Of a DNA stretch of 64,000 bases, positions 1-11,481 are shown one piece after another (position 1 is the first letter of the stretch; each line of letters starts with the position of its first letter). The translations under genes and the position numbers were made by a program. The notes beneath the pieces are model-generated. The model was not told where the DNA came from. It did no database searches and worked only from the letters and a program-made list of their open reading frames with translations. The stretch spans positions 335,835 through 399,834 of the forward strand of contig CAVUUJ010000001.1 in assembly GCA_963744655.1 (NCBI GenBank), given 5' to 3'. Origin of the DNA: an uncultured bacterium (GTDB lineage Bacteria > Verrucomicrobiota > Kiritimatiellia > PWTM01).

Positions 1-186
1 CTTCCCGTACTCGGACACGAAGGCCTTTATGGCGGTTTCGATGGACAGGGCCGCCTGCTCCGCCGTGGCGCGGTTGGCCGCCTGGCGGGCGGCGCCGACG
101 GCCGGGAAGAGCAGGGCGACGAGCAGGCCGATGATGCCCATGACGACCAGCAGTTCGATCAGCGTGAAGCCTGTGCGCTTTCTCAT
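1..186 (-). CDS. Prepilin-type N-terminal cleavage/methylation domain protein (type IV pilin or T2SS pseudopilin); the 3' end runs off the window start
   Basis: Reverse-strand translation from ATG at 186 gives MRKRTGFTLIELLVVMGIIGLLVALLFPAV..., the classic G|FTLIELLVV prepilin peptidase site plus a hydrophobic helix. It lies 50 nt downstream of the platform-protein gene on the same strand. It is absent from the ORF track because the window edge truncates it. Confidence 0.85.
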   Translation of the reverse strand, partial: MRKRTGFTLIELLVVMGIIGLLVALLFPAVGAARQAANRATAEQAALSIETAIKAFVSEYGK

Positions 187-236
187 GTCCTTCTCCCTGG
201 CGCGCGCACGGGCCGCGCGCCGCCCGTCCGGCTGCG

Positions 237-1533
237 CTAGCTCAACTTGCCGATGATGGAAATCATGGGGAGGAAGAGCGCGATGACGATCGTGCCCACC
301 ATCATGGCCAGGCCGACGATGAGCAGCGGTTCGATGATGGAGGTGAGGGCCGCCACCGCGTTGTCCACCTCGTCGTCGTAGTTGTCGGCGATGCGCATGA
401 GCATGTCCGGCAGGCGCGCCGGTTTCCTCGCCGACCTCGACCATGCTGACGACCATGGGCGGGAAGATGCCCGAGGCCTCGATGGGCGGGGCGATGTTCT
501 CGCCTTCCTTCACGCGTCGTGGACGAGCGTCACGCCGCGCGCGATGACCTCGTTGCCGGACGTGTCGCGCACGATGTTGAGGGCCTGGAGGACGGGCACG
601 CCGGAGGTCATCAGGGTGCCCAGGGTGCGGGTGAACCGCGCGATGGCGGTCTTCTGCACCAGCGGCCCGAAGATGGGCATGCGCAGCTTGATCGAGTCGA
701 GGACCAGGCGCCCCTTCGCGTTGCGGGCCACGGCCTTGAGGAGGAAAACGAGCACGACGAGGCCGGCGAGCACGTAGGGAGTGCGCTTCACGAACAGGTT
801 GCTCGTGTTCATGACCAACTGGGTCAGCGCCGGCAGCTGGGCGCCCTCGAGCAGGTCTTCGAAGATCTCCGCGAACTTCGGCACGATGTAGGTCATCAGG
901 AAGGACATGATGCCGCCGGCGACGCAACAGGACGACGATGGGGTAGATCATCGCGCTGACGACCTTGTTCTTGATCTTCTGCGCCTTCTCCATGAACTCC
1001 GCGAGGCGGGTGAGCACGACGTCGAGCACGCCGCCGATCTCGCCGGCCTTCACCATGTTCACGTACAGCCGGTTGAAGATCTTGGGGTGCTGGGACATGG
1101 CCTCCGCAAGGGTGCTGCCCGACTGGATGGCCTCGGCCAGCTCGTTCATGGTGCGTTTGAGCCGGGGGTGCTGCTCCTGTCGCTCGATGACCTGCAGGCC
1201 GCGCAGCAGGGGCAGCCCCGCGTCGATCAGCGTGGCGAGCTGGCGCGTCACGATCATGAGCTGCTTCGGCTTGACCCGGCCGCCGCCGAACAGGACGGGA
1301 ACATGGATCTCCTTCTTCAGGCCGCCCTGGGCGGCCCCCTGCGCCCGGCGGCCGCGCGGCCGGGAGGGCGACTTGGCCTTGCCCGGCTTGCCGGCGCCGG
1401 CCTCGACGACCTCGGTGGGGAACACGCCCTTTTCGCGGATGCGCCCGATCGCGGCGTGCTGGTTCTCGGCCTCGACGGTGCCGCGCACCTCCTTGCCCTT
1501 CGCATCCAGCGCGGTATAGGCAAACGTCGCCAT
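237..1533 (-). pseudogene. GspF/PilC-family inner-membrane platform protein; frame broken by at least 3 single-base indels (possible assembly error)
   Basis: Pieces in three frames join into one GspF/PilC protein. They read [22 protein letters not shown] (ATG 1533, GGAG upstream) ... [14 protein letters not shown] / [21 protein letters not shown]...GNEVIAR..VHDA / [32 protein letters not shown] / [17 protein letters not shown]...[12 protein letters not shown]-stop. Breaks lie near 930, 497 and 415. Confidence 0.85.
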
Positions 1534-1596
1534 GTCTCCACGCTCCTCTCGTCGTTCCGGCCGCGCGGGGCGCCCGGAGGGCCCCCCTCGCCGGGC

Positions 1597-3344
<1,748 letters not shown>

Positions 3345-3351
3345 GGGTCGG

Positions 3352-4431
3352 TTACCTCTTTCTTCGGGCGTTCATCTGCTGCAGCTTCTGCATGACGGCT
3401 TCCGGGTCCTGGGCCTTGGTGATGACGTCCTCGTAGCTGATCATGCCGCGCTCGTACAGATCCAACAGGTGGCGTCCAGGGTGACCATGCCCCACCGGCC
3501 GCCGGTCTGGATGTCGGAGGTGATCCGGAACGTCTTGTTGTCGCGGATCAGGGCCTGGATCGACGGGGTGGCGATCATGATCTCGAAGGCCGCGACCCGG
3601 CCGGGCTTGTCCTGGCGCGCGGCAGCAGGATCTGGGAGATCACCGCCACGAGGCTGGAGGCCAGCTGGGTGCGGATCTGTCTCCTGCTGGTTGGTCGGGA
3701 AGGCGTCGACGATGCGGTCGACGGTGCGGGCCGCGCCGGTGGTATGCAGGGTGGCGAACACCAGGTGGCCGGTCTCCGCCGCGGTGATGGCGGCTTCCAT
3801 GGTCTCCAGGTCGCGCATTTCGCCCACGAGAATCACGTCCGGGTCCTGGCGCAGGGCGCGCGCGCAGGGCCTCGGCGAAGGCCGGCACGTCCACGCCGAT
3901 CTCGCGCTGGGTCACGATGCTGCTTCTTGTGCTCGTGGTAGTACTCGATCGGGTCTTCGATCGTGATGATGTGGCAGTCGCGCTCCTCGTTGATGATGTT
4001 GATCATGCTGGCCAGGGTGGTCGTCTTGCCGGAACCGGTCGGGCCCGGTCACCAGGATCAGACCGCGCGGCTTGTAGAGCAGGTCCTTGACCTGGCGGCG
4101 GCAGCCCGATCTCCTCCAGGGTCAGCAGCTTGGAGGGGATCTGGCGCAGCACGATGCCGACGTTGCCCTTCTGCGGAAGACGCTGACGCGGAACCGGGCC
4201 GCGTCGCCGAAGCCGAAACCGAAGTCGCGTCCCGCCGTTCTCGCGGACGCTGCATGCTGGTTGTCCTCGGAGGTGATGCTCTTCATCAGCCGCTCGGTGT
4301 CCTCCGGCGTCAGCGGGTCGGTGTCCAGCGGGTGCAGGGAGCCGTGGATGCGCAGGACCGGCGGCGCGCCCACGGCCAGGTGCAGGTCCGAGGCGCCCTC
4401 GTCCGACCGCGAGTTGCAGCAGGTCGTTCAT
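3352..4431 (-). pseudogene. pilT: PilT-type twitching-motility (retraction) ATPase; multiple frame switches (possible assembly error)
   Basis: MNDLLQLAV / ASDLHLAVGAPPVLRIHGSLHPL...; QKGNVGIVLRQIPSKLLTLEEIGLP; [18 protein letters not shown]; [46 protein letters not shown]; [25 protein letters not shown]. It is about 360 codons and has no T2SSE_N domain. A +1/-1 pair near 3690/3625 leaves the ORF open but garbles about 22 codons. Confidence 0.85.
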
Positions 4432-4462
4432 CTGCAGATGTCGTGCGGACTTCGATGCGTCA

Positions 4463-6209
4463 TCAGTCTCGGTCTCCCATGGTTACCCGGAACACTTCTT
4501 CCAGCGTGGTGATCCCGCCACCACCTTGCGCAGCCCGTCTTCGCGCAGGGTGCGCATGCCCAGTTCGCGGGCCTGGGCGCGCAGTTCCGCTGGCGGTCAC
4601 CTGCTCGAAGATCATGTGCCGCACCTCGTCGTCGATCACGAACATCTCAAAGATCCCATCCGGCCCCGGTAGCCGGTCACGTTGCACTCCGCGCAGCCCT
4701 TGCCCTGGTACAGCGTGGCACTCGGCGACCTGCTCGGCCGCCGGGCCCGAGCAGGCGCAGCTCCGTGTCCGTCCGGCGTGTGCTCCTCCTTGCACTCGTC
4801 GCAGATCTGCGCACCAGCCGCTGGGCCATGATCGCCCGGGTGGAGGAGGCCACCAGGAACGGCTTCACCCCGATGTCGATCAGGCGGGTGACGGCGCTGG
4901 GCGCGTCGTTGGTGTGCAGGGTGCTGAACACCAGGTGGCCGGTCAGGGAGGCGTTGACCGCGATCTCCGCCGTCTCCATGTCGCGGATCTCACCGATCAT
5001 GATGATGTTGGGCGCCTGGCGCAGGATGGAGCGCAGGGCGGCGGCGAAGGTCAGGCCGATGTCGGCGCGGACCTGCACCTGGTTGATGCCGGAGAGCTGG
5101 TACTCGACCGGGTCCTCCACGGTGATGATCTTGCGGTCCGGCTGGTTGATGCTGGTTCAGGCAGGCGTACAGGGTGGTGGTCTTGCCCGAACCGGTCGGG
5201 CCGGTGACCAGGATGATGCCGTCCGGCAGCGCCGATCAGCCGCTCGAAGGTCTGCTGGTCGTCCGAGAAGAACCCGAGCTGCGGCAGCCCGAGCATCAGG
5301 CTCTCCTTGTCCAGGATACGCATGACGACGCTCTCGCCGTGGTTGGTGGGAATGGTCGGAAACACGCAGGTCGAGGTCGCGGCCCATGACGTTGATCTGG
5401 ATGCGGCCGTCCTGCGGCACCCGCTTCTCCGCGATGCTCATGTTGGCCATGATCTTCACGCGGCTGATGATGGCCGACTGGAGGCGCTTGGGCGGGCTCT
5501 CCACCTCGTGCAGCACGCCGTCGATGCGGTACCGCACCCGGAACTTCCGCTCCAGCGGCTCGAGGTGGATATCCGAGGCGCGGCTGCGGAAGGCCTCCAG
5601 GATGATCAGGCTGACCAGCTTGATGATCGGGGCGTCGGACTCGGTGATCGTCCTCGTCGTCGCCGATCAGCGTCCTCGCGGCCTCGGCCAGGCATCGCCA
5701 CCGATCCCTCGGTGATCTCCTCGAGCATCGACTCCACCGTCGCCGTCGACCTGCGGGTAGTACTGGTCGAGCGCGACGTCGATCTCCTCGGCGGCGCCAC
5801 CACCCCTTCGACGTTGGTCTTCAGGATGTAGCGCAGGCTGTCGAGGGTCTCCACGTCGAGCGGGTCGCTGAGGGCCACCGTCAGCGTGCTGTCCGTGCGG
5901 TAGACGGGCACGACTTGTAGCGGCGGGCGACGTCGGCGGGCACCAGGTCGATGCACCTCCTGGGCGATGTCCAGGCCGGTCAGGATGATGCGTCTCCATC
6001 CCGAACTGGTTGGCCAGGGCCTTCAGGATGTCGATCTTGGGAAGCCCCGTGTTGCGGACGAGCACGTCGATGACGTCCTTGTCCTCCTGGCGCGACGAGT
6101 GAAGGGCCTCCTCGCCCTGCTTCCGGTTGATGAGCCCTACGCCTTCGAGGATCTCCACGATGTACTCGTCGTTGGCTGTCAAATCGCGTGCTCCTGCGTC
6201 GACGGGCAT
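4463..6209 (-). pseudogene. Second GspE/PilB-family ATPase; multiple frame switches (possible assembly error)
   Basis: N-terminus MPVDAGARDLTANDEYIVEILEGVGLINRKQGEEAL...ILKALANQFGMET (T2SSE_N-like). Further pieces read [60 protein letters not shown] and [72 protein letters not shown]. The tail is GITTLEEVFRVT. The pieces lie in different minus frames. Confidence 0.85.
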
Positions 6210-6280
6210 GCACTATCGTGACAGACGGATAGTAGGCGCACGAGGCTCACGCTGTCAACGGGCGACGGGCCGCCCCCGGC

Positions 6281-6628
6281 TCACGGGCCGTCGATTTCCA
6301 GCGAGGAAAGCAGGAACTCGCGACCGCCTTCGAGGTCTGCCTCCGCGTGCCCGCACGAGGGGCAGGCGGGGAACACCCCGGTCGCCTCCCACCCGTGCCC
6401 GCAGGCGCGGCACCGCGCCCGGGCCGGCGCGGCGACCAGCTCCAGCCCGGCGCCCTCGCAGGGCGTGTCCTCCGCGGCCATCGGGAAGGCGAAAGCGAAG
6501 GCGTCGGGATCGACCCCCGACAGGGCCCCGATCCGCACCGTCACGCGCAGGGCGCGCTCCGCCCCCTCGCGCCGCAGCACGTCGTTCACCTGCTCGACCA
6601 GCGCCTGGGCCAGCGAGAGTTCGTGCAT
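6281..6628 (-). CDS. hypA: Hydrogenase nickel-insertion protein HypA
   Basis: 115 aa with the MHELSLAQALVEQV N-terminus typical of HypA and a zinc site CRACGH...CPSCGH. It starts 1 nt after the hypE stop. Confidence 0.9.
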   Translation of the reverse strand: MHELSLAQALVEQVNDVLRREGAERALRVTVRIGALSGVDPDAFAFAFPMAAEDTPCEGAGLELVAAPARARCRACGHGWEATGVFPACPSCGHAEADLEGGREFLLSSLEIDGP

Positions 6629-6629
6629 C

Positions 6630-7646
6630 TCAACAGATCCTCGGCAGCAACTCGCCCTGCGGCCAGTCGACCAGCCGCCGCCCCCCCACGCGCGTGGCGA
6701 GGACCACCTGCCCGGCGCGGCGCGCCGCCACGCGGCCGACGTCCGCCGCGTCCCGCCCCTCGGGAAGGGCGCGCCACGCGGACAGGATCGGCGCCGCCGC
6801 CTCCGGCGCGCACGCGAGCAGCACGCGCCCCTCGCAGGCGACGTGGAGCAGGTCGACGCCCAGCACCTCGGCCACGGCGCGCGTGGCGGGGCGGAAGGGG
6901 AGCGCCTCCTCGTCGATCTCCAGCCCCACGGGCCGTCCCTCCACCGCCTCGTTGGCCACCGCCGAAAGCCCGCCGCGGGTGGGGTCGCGCATGAAACGGA
7001 CGTCCTTCGCGCGCGCCGCGGCGGCCTCGACGAGCCGGTGGACGGGGCCCGTGTCGCTTACCGGCCCGGGGTCGAAGGCGAGGTGCTCGCGCGCGGCGAG
7101 CACGGCCATGCCGTGGTCGCCGAGCGGACCGCTCACCAGCAGGCGGTCCCCGTCCCGCAGCGAGGCGCGGTCGAGCGAGAACCCCGGCATCCGCTCGCCG
7201 AGGCCGGAGGTGGTCACGTACATCCCGTCGGCCTGGCCGCGGCGCACGACCTTCGTGTCGCCCGTGACCACCTGCACGCCGCACGCGGCCGCGGCGTCCT
7301 GCACGCGGTCCAGTACGCGCCGCAGCACGGCCAGGGGCAGGCCTTCCTCGAGCACCAGGGCCAGGGACAGCCAGCGCGGCCGGGCCCCGCACACGGCGAG
7401 ATCGTTCACCGTGCCGTGCACGGCGAGGTCGCCGATGTTGCCGCCGGGGAACTCCAGCGGCTGGACCACGAACCCGTCGGTGGAAAAGACCAGGGGCCCC
7501 TCGCACGCGGGCAGCAGGGCGGCGTCGGGCAGCGAGGCGAGAGGCCCGTCGCCGAAGCGGGTGAGGATCTCCTCGCGCACCAGGTCGGCGGACAGCCGCC
7601 CGCCGCCGCCGTGCGCGAGCTGAACGGTCTGGAGACGGTCGTCCAT
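6630..7646 (-). CDS. hypE: Hydrogenase maturation protein HypE (carbamoyl dehydratase)
   Basis: 338 aa with an AIR-synthase-like fold signature (GGGG..., DLAV.GA.P) and the diagnostic C-terminal PRIC. Confidence 0.9.
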   Translation of the reverse strand: MDDRLQTVQLAHGGGGRLSADLVREEILTRFGDGPLASLPDAALLPACEGPLVFSTDGFVVQPLEFPGGNIGDLAVHGTVNDLAVCGARPRWLSLALVLEEGLPLAVLRRVLDRVQDAAAACGVQVVTGDTKVVRRGQADGMYVTTSGLGERMPGFSLDRASLRDGDRLLVSGPLGDHGMAVLAAREHLAFDPGPVSDTGPVHRLVEAAAARAKDVRFMRDPTRGGLSAVANEAVEGRPVGLEIDEEALPFRPATRAVAEVLGVDLLHVACEGRVLLACAPEAAAPILSAWRALPEGRDAADVGRVAARRAGQVVLATRVGGRRLVDWPQGELLPRIC

Positions 7647-7812
7647 GGGCGAAGCCTAGCCGAAGACCGCGCGCGGGGCAAACGGCCGCCCGCCGCCGCC
7701 CCGGGGGTCCGCCGCGCCGGCGGACCGGGCCCGCCGGCCCGCTCCGGCCGTGACGCGGCCGCGGCGCCGGGGTATCCTGGGCCATCCGCGGTAACGCGGG
7801 AAAGGAGAGCAC

Positions 7813-8250
7813 ATGAAGCGCAACGGGAGTTGGTTGATCGGGCCGTTGCTCGCCGCCCTGTTCGCGGCGCCCGCCGTCCGGGGCGCCCCCGAGCGCGTGA
7901 GCGCAGAGCCGGCGGGCGGCGTGCCGGTCGTGCGGGCCGAGCAGGCCGCCGGGTGGGTGGGCAAGGAGGCGGTCGTCGAGGGGGTGGTGAGCACCACCAA
8001 GTACCTCGAGCAGGTCAACCGCCAACCGACGTTCCTCAACTTCGGCGAACCCCACCCGAACCACTGTTTCACGGCCGTGATCTTCGGCGGCGACCGCGGC
8101 AAGTTCGCCGGCGAGCCGCCCGAGAGCGCCTTCCTCGGCAAGCACGTGCGCGTGCGCGGCCGGGTCGAGGACTACAGGGGCAAACCCGAGATCATCGTCC
8201 GCGACCCCGCCCAGATCGAGGTGGTCCCGGAGCCCGAGGCGGTCCCGTAG
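7813..8250 (+). CDS. Secreted hypothetical protein, possibly OB-fold-like
   Basis: AAAGGAGAG lies upstream of the ATG. The signal peptide is MKRNGSWLIGPLLAALFAAPAVRGAP. I found no motif I can name. It is the only plus-strand gene inside the hyp cluster. Confidence 0.55.
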   Translation: MKRNGSWLIGPLLAALFAAPAVRGAPERVSAEPAGGVPVVRAEQAAGWVGKEAVVEGVVSTTKYLEQVNRQPTFLNFGEPHPNHCFTAVIFGGDRGKFAGEPPESAFLGKHVRVRGRVEDYRGKPEIIVRDPAQIEVVPEPEAVP

Positions 8251-8271
8251 CCGCCGCGGCCCCGCACGGGC

Positions 8272-9381
8272 TCAGGATGCGCCGTCTCGCTCGTACTTGA
8301 ACCAGGCCGCGCAGCTGCCCTCGCTGCTGACCATGCAGGGGCCGACCGGCCGTGACGGCGTGCAGGCGGTGCGGAACAGCGGGCACTGCGGCGGCTTGAG
8401 CTTGCCCTTGATGACGTCGCCGCACCGGCATCCCGGCCGTTCGCGGCCGCCGTCGGTGCGCACCCCGAAGCGGCGCGCGGCGTCGTAGCCCGCGTAGGCT
8501 TCCCGCAGGCGCAGCCCGCTGGCCGGGATGACGCCCAGGCCGCGCCAGGCGGCGTCCGCCGGTTCCAGGTAGGTCTCCATCAGCCGGCGCGCCAGCGGGT
8601 TGCCGCCGGGCCGCACGACGCGCTCGTACTGGTTCTCCACCCGCGCCTCGCTCGCCAGCAGCTGGTCCAGGATGCCGCGCAGGCCGAGCAGGATGTCCAG
8701 CGGCTCGAACCCCGCCACCACGCACGGCAGGCGGTGGGCCGCCACGAAGGGCTCGTACGCGTCCGCGCCGATGATGGCGCTCACGTGCGCCGGGCACAGG
8801 AAGGCGTCCACCCCGATCTCCGGGTCGGCCGCGAGCGCCTCCAGGGCCGGGGGCACGAGCTTGAAGGCCACGAGGAGCGAGAGGTTGCCGACCCCTTCGG
8901 CCCCGGCGCTCCGCACGAGGCTCACGACCGGGCCGATCGTCGTCTCGAAGCCGATCGCCAGGAACACGACCTCGCGGTCCGGGTGCGATCGCGCCAGCTC
9001 CAGGGCGTCGGCGGGCGAGTAGCACACCTCGACCGCCGCCCCCCCGGAGCGGCATTCCGCGAGCGTCGTCTCCGAGCCGGGCACGTTGACCAGGTCGCCG
9101 AAGGTGGCGACGACGTGGCCGCGGCCCGCGAGCTCCACGGCGGCGTCGACGTACCCCGTGTCGGTCACGCAGACGGGGCAACCGGGCCCGCTGACCAGGT
9201 CGAGGGGCGGCGGCAGCAGGCTGCGAAGGCCGTAGCGGCCGATCGCCATGGTGTGGCTGCCGCAGACCTCCATGATCTGCACGGTGCGACCGGACGGCAG
9301 GCGCCCGGCGCGCTCGCGAATCTGCCGCGCCAGTTCGAGCGCGGGCTTCGGGTCGCGGAAGGCGTCGAGGTAGCGGGCCAT
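8272..9381 (-). CDS. hypD: Hydrogenase maturation protein HypD
   Basis: 369 aa with CGSHT, GPGCPVCV and FETT motifs and the C-terminal Cys cluster of HypD. Confidence 0.9.
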   Translation of the reverse strand: MARYLDAFRDPKPALELARQIRERAGRLPSGRTVQIMEVCGSHTMAIGRYGLRSLLPPPLDLVSGPGCPVCVTDTGYVDAAVELAGRGHVVATFGDLVNVPGSETTLAECRSGGAAVEVCYSPADALELARSHPDREVVFLAIGFETTIGPVVSLVRSAGAEGVGNLSLLVAFKLVPPALEALAADPEIGVDAFLCPAHVSAIIGADAYEPFVAAHRLPCVVAGFEPLDILLGLRGILDQLLASEARVENQYERVVRPGGNPLARRLMETYLEPADAAWRGLGVIPASGLRLREAYAGYDAARRFGVRTDGGRERPGCRCGDVIKGKLKPPQCPLFRTACTPSRPVGPCMVSSEGSCAAWFKYERDGAS

Positions 9382-9399
9382 GACCCGGGGGCGCGGCGT

Positions 9400-9639
9400 T
9401 CAGCCGGGCGAACCCGCCTCCCAGGCCTCGGCCAGCTCGCGGAACATCCCGATGCGCAGGTCCGCCTCGTCGCGGTCGAGCCGCTCGATCGCGAAGCCGG
9501 CGTGCACGATGACGTAGTCGCCCGGGCGGGGATCCTGCACCAGCGAGAGGTCGACGTCGTGTCGCGCGCCGTCCAACTCGACGGCGCCCATGGGCGGCGC
9601 GCCCAGCGCTACGATTCTCATGGGGATGCCCAGGCACAT
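9400..9639 (-). CDS. hypC: Hydrogenase assembly chaperone HypC/HupF
   Basis: 79 aa with the N-terminal MCLGIPM motif and an OB-fold-sized protein. It sits directly upstream of hypD. Confidence 0.9.
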   Translation of the reverse strand: MCLGIPMRIVALGAPPMGAVELDGARHDVDLSLVQDPRPGDYVIVHAGFAIERLDRDEADLRIGMFRELAEAWEAGSPG

Positions 9640-9661
9640 CGGTCGAAGATCCTTCGCGCGC

Positions 9662-10742
9662 TCAACGCTTCACGCGGGCGTTGCCCTTCCAGATGCTCCA
9701 GACCTGCTCCTCGTCGGCCGGCTGCGCGTAGTCGGTCAGCAGCGTGGCGACCAGCGCGCCGCTCGCCCAGCCGAACTGGACCCACTTCTCCGGCGCCCAG
9801 CCGCGCAGGATCGCGTAGAGCATGCCGCCGACGAAGCCGTCGCCGCCGCCGATGCGGTCCAGCACGGCGATCTCGCGCGGCTCGACGACGTGCCAGTCGG
9901 CGCCCTCGGCCAGGATGGCGCCCCAGCGGTGCAGGTTCGCGTGAACCACTTCGCGCAGGGTGGTGGCGAAGACCGTTGCGTTGGGGTAGGCCCCCTTGAC
10001 GCGCCCGATCATGTCCTTGAAGCCGTCGATCTTGGCGGCGAGATCCTTGCCGCCGGCCTCCGGCCCCTCGATGCCGAGGCAGAGCTGGAAGTCCTCCTCG
10101 TTGCCGACGAGGATGTCGGCCGCCGCGGCGATCTCCGAGAAGAGGTCCCGCAGTTCCCGTTCCCGGTTCATCCAGAACGAGGCGCGGTGGTTGAGGTCGA
10201 ACGAGATGCGCGTGCCGTGCTTCTGCGCGGCGCGGGCGAGCTCGAGGCAGAACCGGCCGGTCTCGGGCGAAAGCGCCGCGATGAGGCCCGAGAGGTGGAC
10301 GATCTGCACGCCCTCGGTGCCGAAGATCCGGTCCAGGTCGAAGTCCTTGGCGTTCAGCTGCCGCCCGACCTCGCCGGCGCGGTCGTTCTGCACGCGGGGG
10401 CCCGCGCGCGCCGAGGCCGCTGTCGGCCAGGTTGAACTGGTGGCGGTACCCCCACGGGCCGCCCTGCTCGAACTCGGGGCCCTCGACGTCCATGTGCCGG
10501 CGCGCCAGGTCGTCCCGGATGATCCGCGCGACGGGGCTGCCCTTCACGAAGGCGGTCAGCACCTTCACGGGCAGGCCGAGGAAGGAGGCGACGCTGGCCA
10601 CGTTGGACTCCGCGCTGGTGACCTGGAGCCGGAACGTGTCGCTGCAGTGGAACGGCTGTCCGCCGCGCGGCGTGAGCCGCAAGCCCATGCTCGACGGCGC
10701 GAGCAACGCGTAGGCGCAGTCCGGTCTGAGCTCGATCGTCAC
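9662..10742 (-). pseudogene. PfkB-family sugar kinase (2-dehydro-3-deoxygluconokinase-like) with one frameshift in a C5/G5 run near 10395-10400
   Basis: The N-terminal piece is MTIELRPDCAYALLAPSSMGLRLTPRGGQPF...HQFNLADSGLGAR. The C-terminal piece is RVQNDRAGEVGRQLNAKDFDLDRIF...DRIGGGDGFVGGMLYAIL (the PfkB GGGD anion hole). Removing one C from CCCCC joins the two frames. The gene length is not a multiple of 3. Confidence 0.75.
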
Positions 10743-10857
10743 GTCATGTCCTTCCTGCCGGCGCCGGTCCGTGCCGGGCCCCGGAATGTCGCAGGTCGGC
10801 CGGGGCCCGTCAACCCGCGGAGGCCGCCGGCCGGCCCCGCCGGGGAGCCGGCCGGGT

Positions 10858-11424
10858 TCATTCCGACCCGGCCACGGCGCGCAACACCATCGGTTTCTCG
10901 TACTGGAACAGGGGCGGGGCGTCCGGCCGGTCGATGAACGCGAGAAGGGCGTCCGGCGCGTGGGTGAGGGTGACCCGCAGGAAGCGGTTGGTCTTCTCCA
11001 CGAAGCCCTCGAGAAGGCCCGACGTGACGGCCGCCCGGAACCGCTCCGGGTCCGGCGCCCAGAGCACCAGCTCGCCGGGTCCGGCCGGTGCGTACTGGAG
11101 CAGCCCGTAGCGCTCCGGCCACGTTCCGTCCTCCCGGAAACGCACCGAAAGAAAGCGGCGCGTCTTGCCCTCCGCGACGACGGCCTCGCCCTCCCGGACC
11201 CGGAAGCGGTCGTCCTTCCACTCGAGCCCGGCGATCCGCGCGACGCCGTTACTTGCGAACCGGACCGCCAGCAGGCTGTCGCCGACCCGCCAGGTTCCCT
11301 CGATGCCGCGGTCCACCGGGTAGGGCGCCGCGCCCAGGGGCTGCGGCGTGCAGACCGAGGAACAGCCCGCGGCGAGCAGGGCGGCCAGGACGGCGCCCGC
11401 CGTGGCGGCGCATGCCTTTTTCAT
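10858..11424 (-). CDS. Lipoprotein of unknown function
   Basis: The signal peptide carries a lipobox: MKKACAATAGAVLAALLAAGC|SS. No recognisable catalytic motif. Confidence 0.6.
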   Translation of the reverse strand: MKKACAATAGAVLAALLAAGCSSVCTPQPLGAAPYPVDRGIEGTWRVGDSLLAVRFASNGVARIAGLEWKDDRFRVREGEAVVAEGKTRRFLSVRFREDGTWPERYGLLQYAPAGPGELVLWAPDPERFRAAVTSGLLEGFVEKTNRFLRVTLTHAPDALLAFIDRPDAPPLFQYEKPMVLRAVAGSE

Positions 11425-11481
11425 GGCTTCTTCTCTCCCCGCCGGGGGTCCGCGCGGACGGCGCGGGTGCGCCCGGCTGCG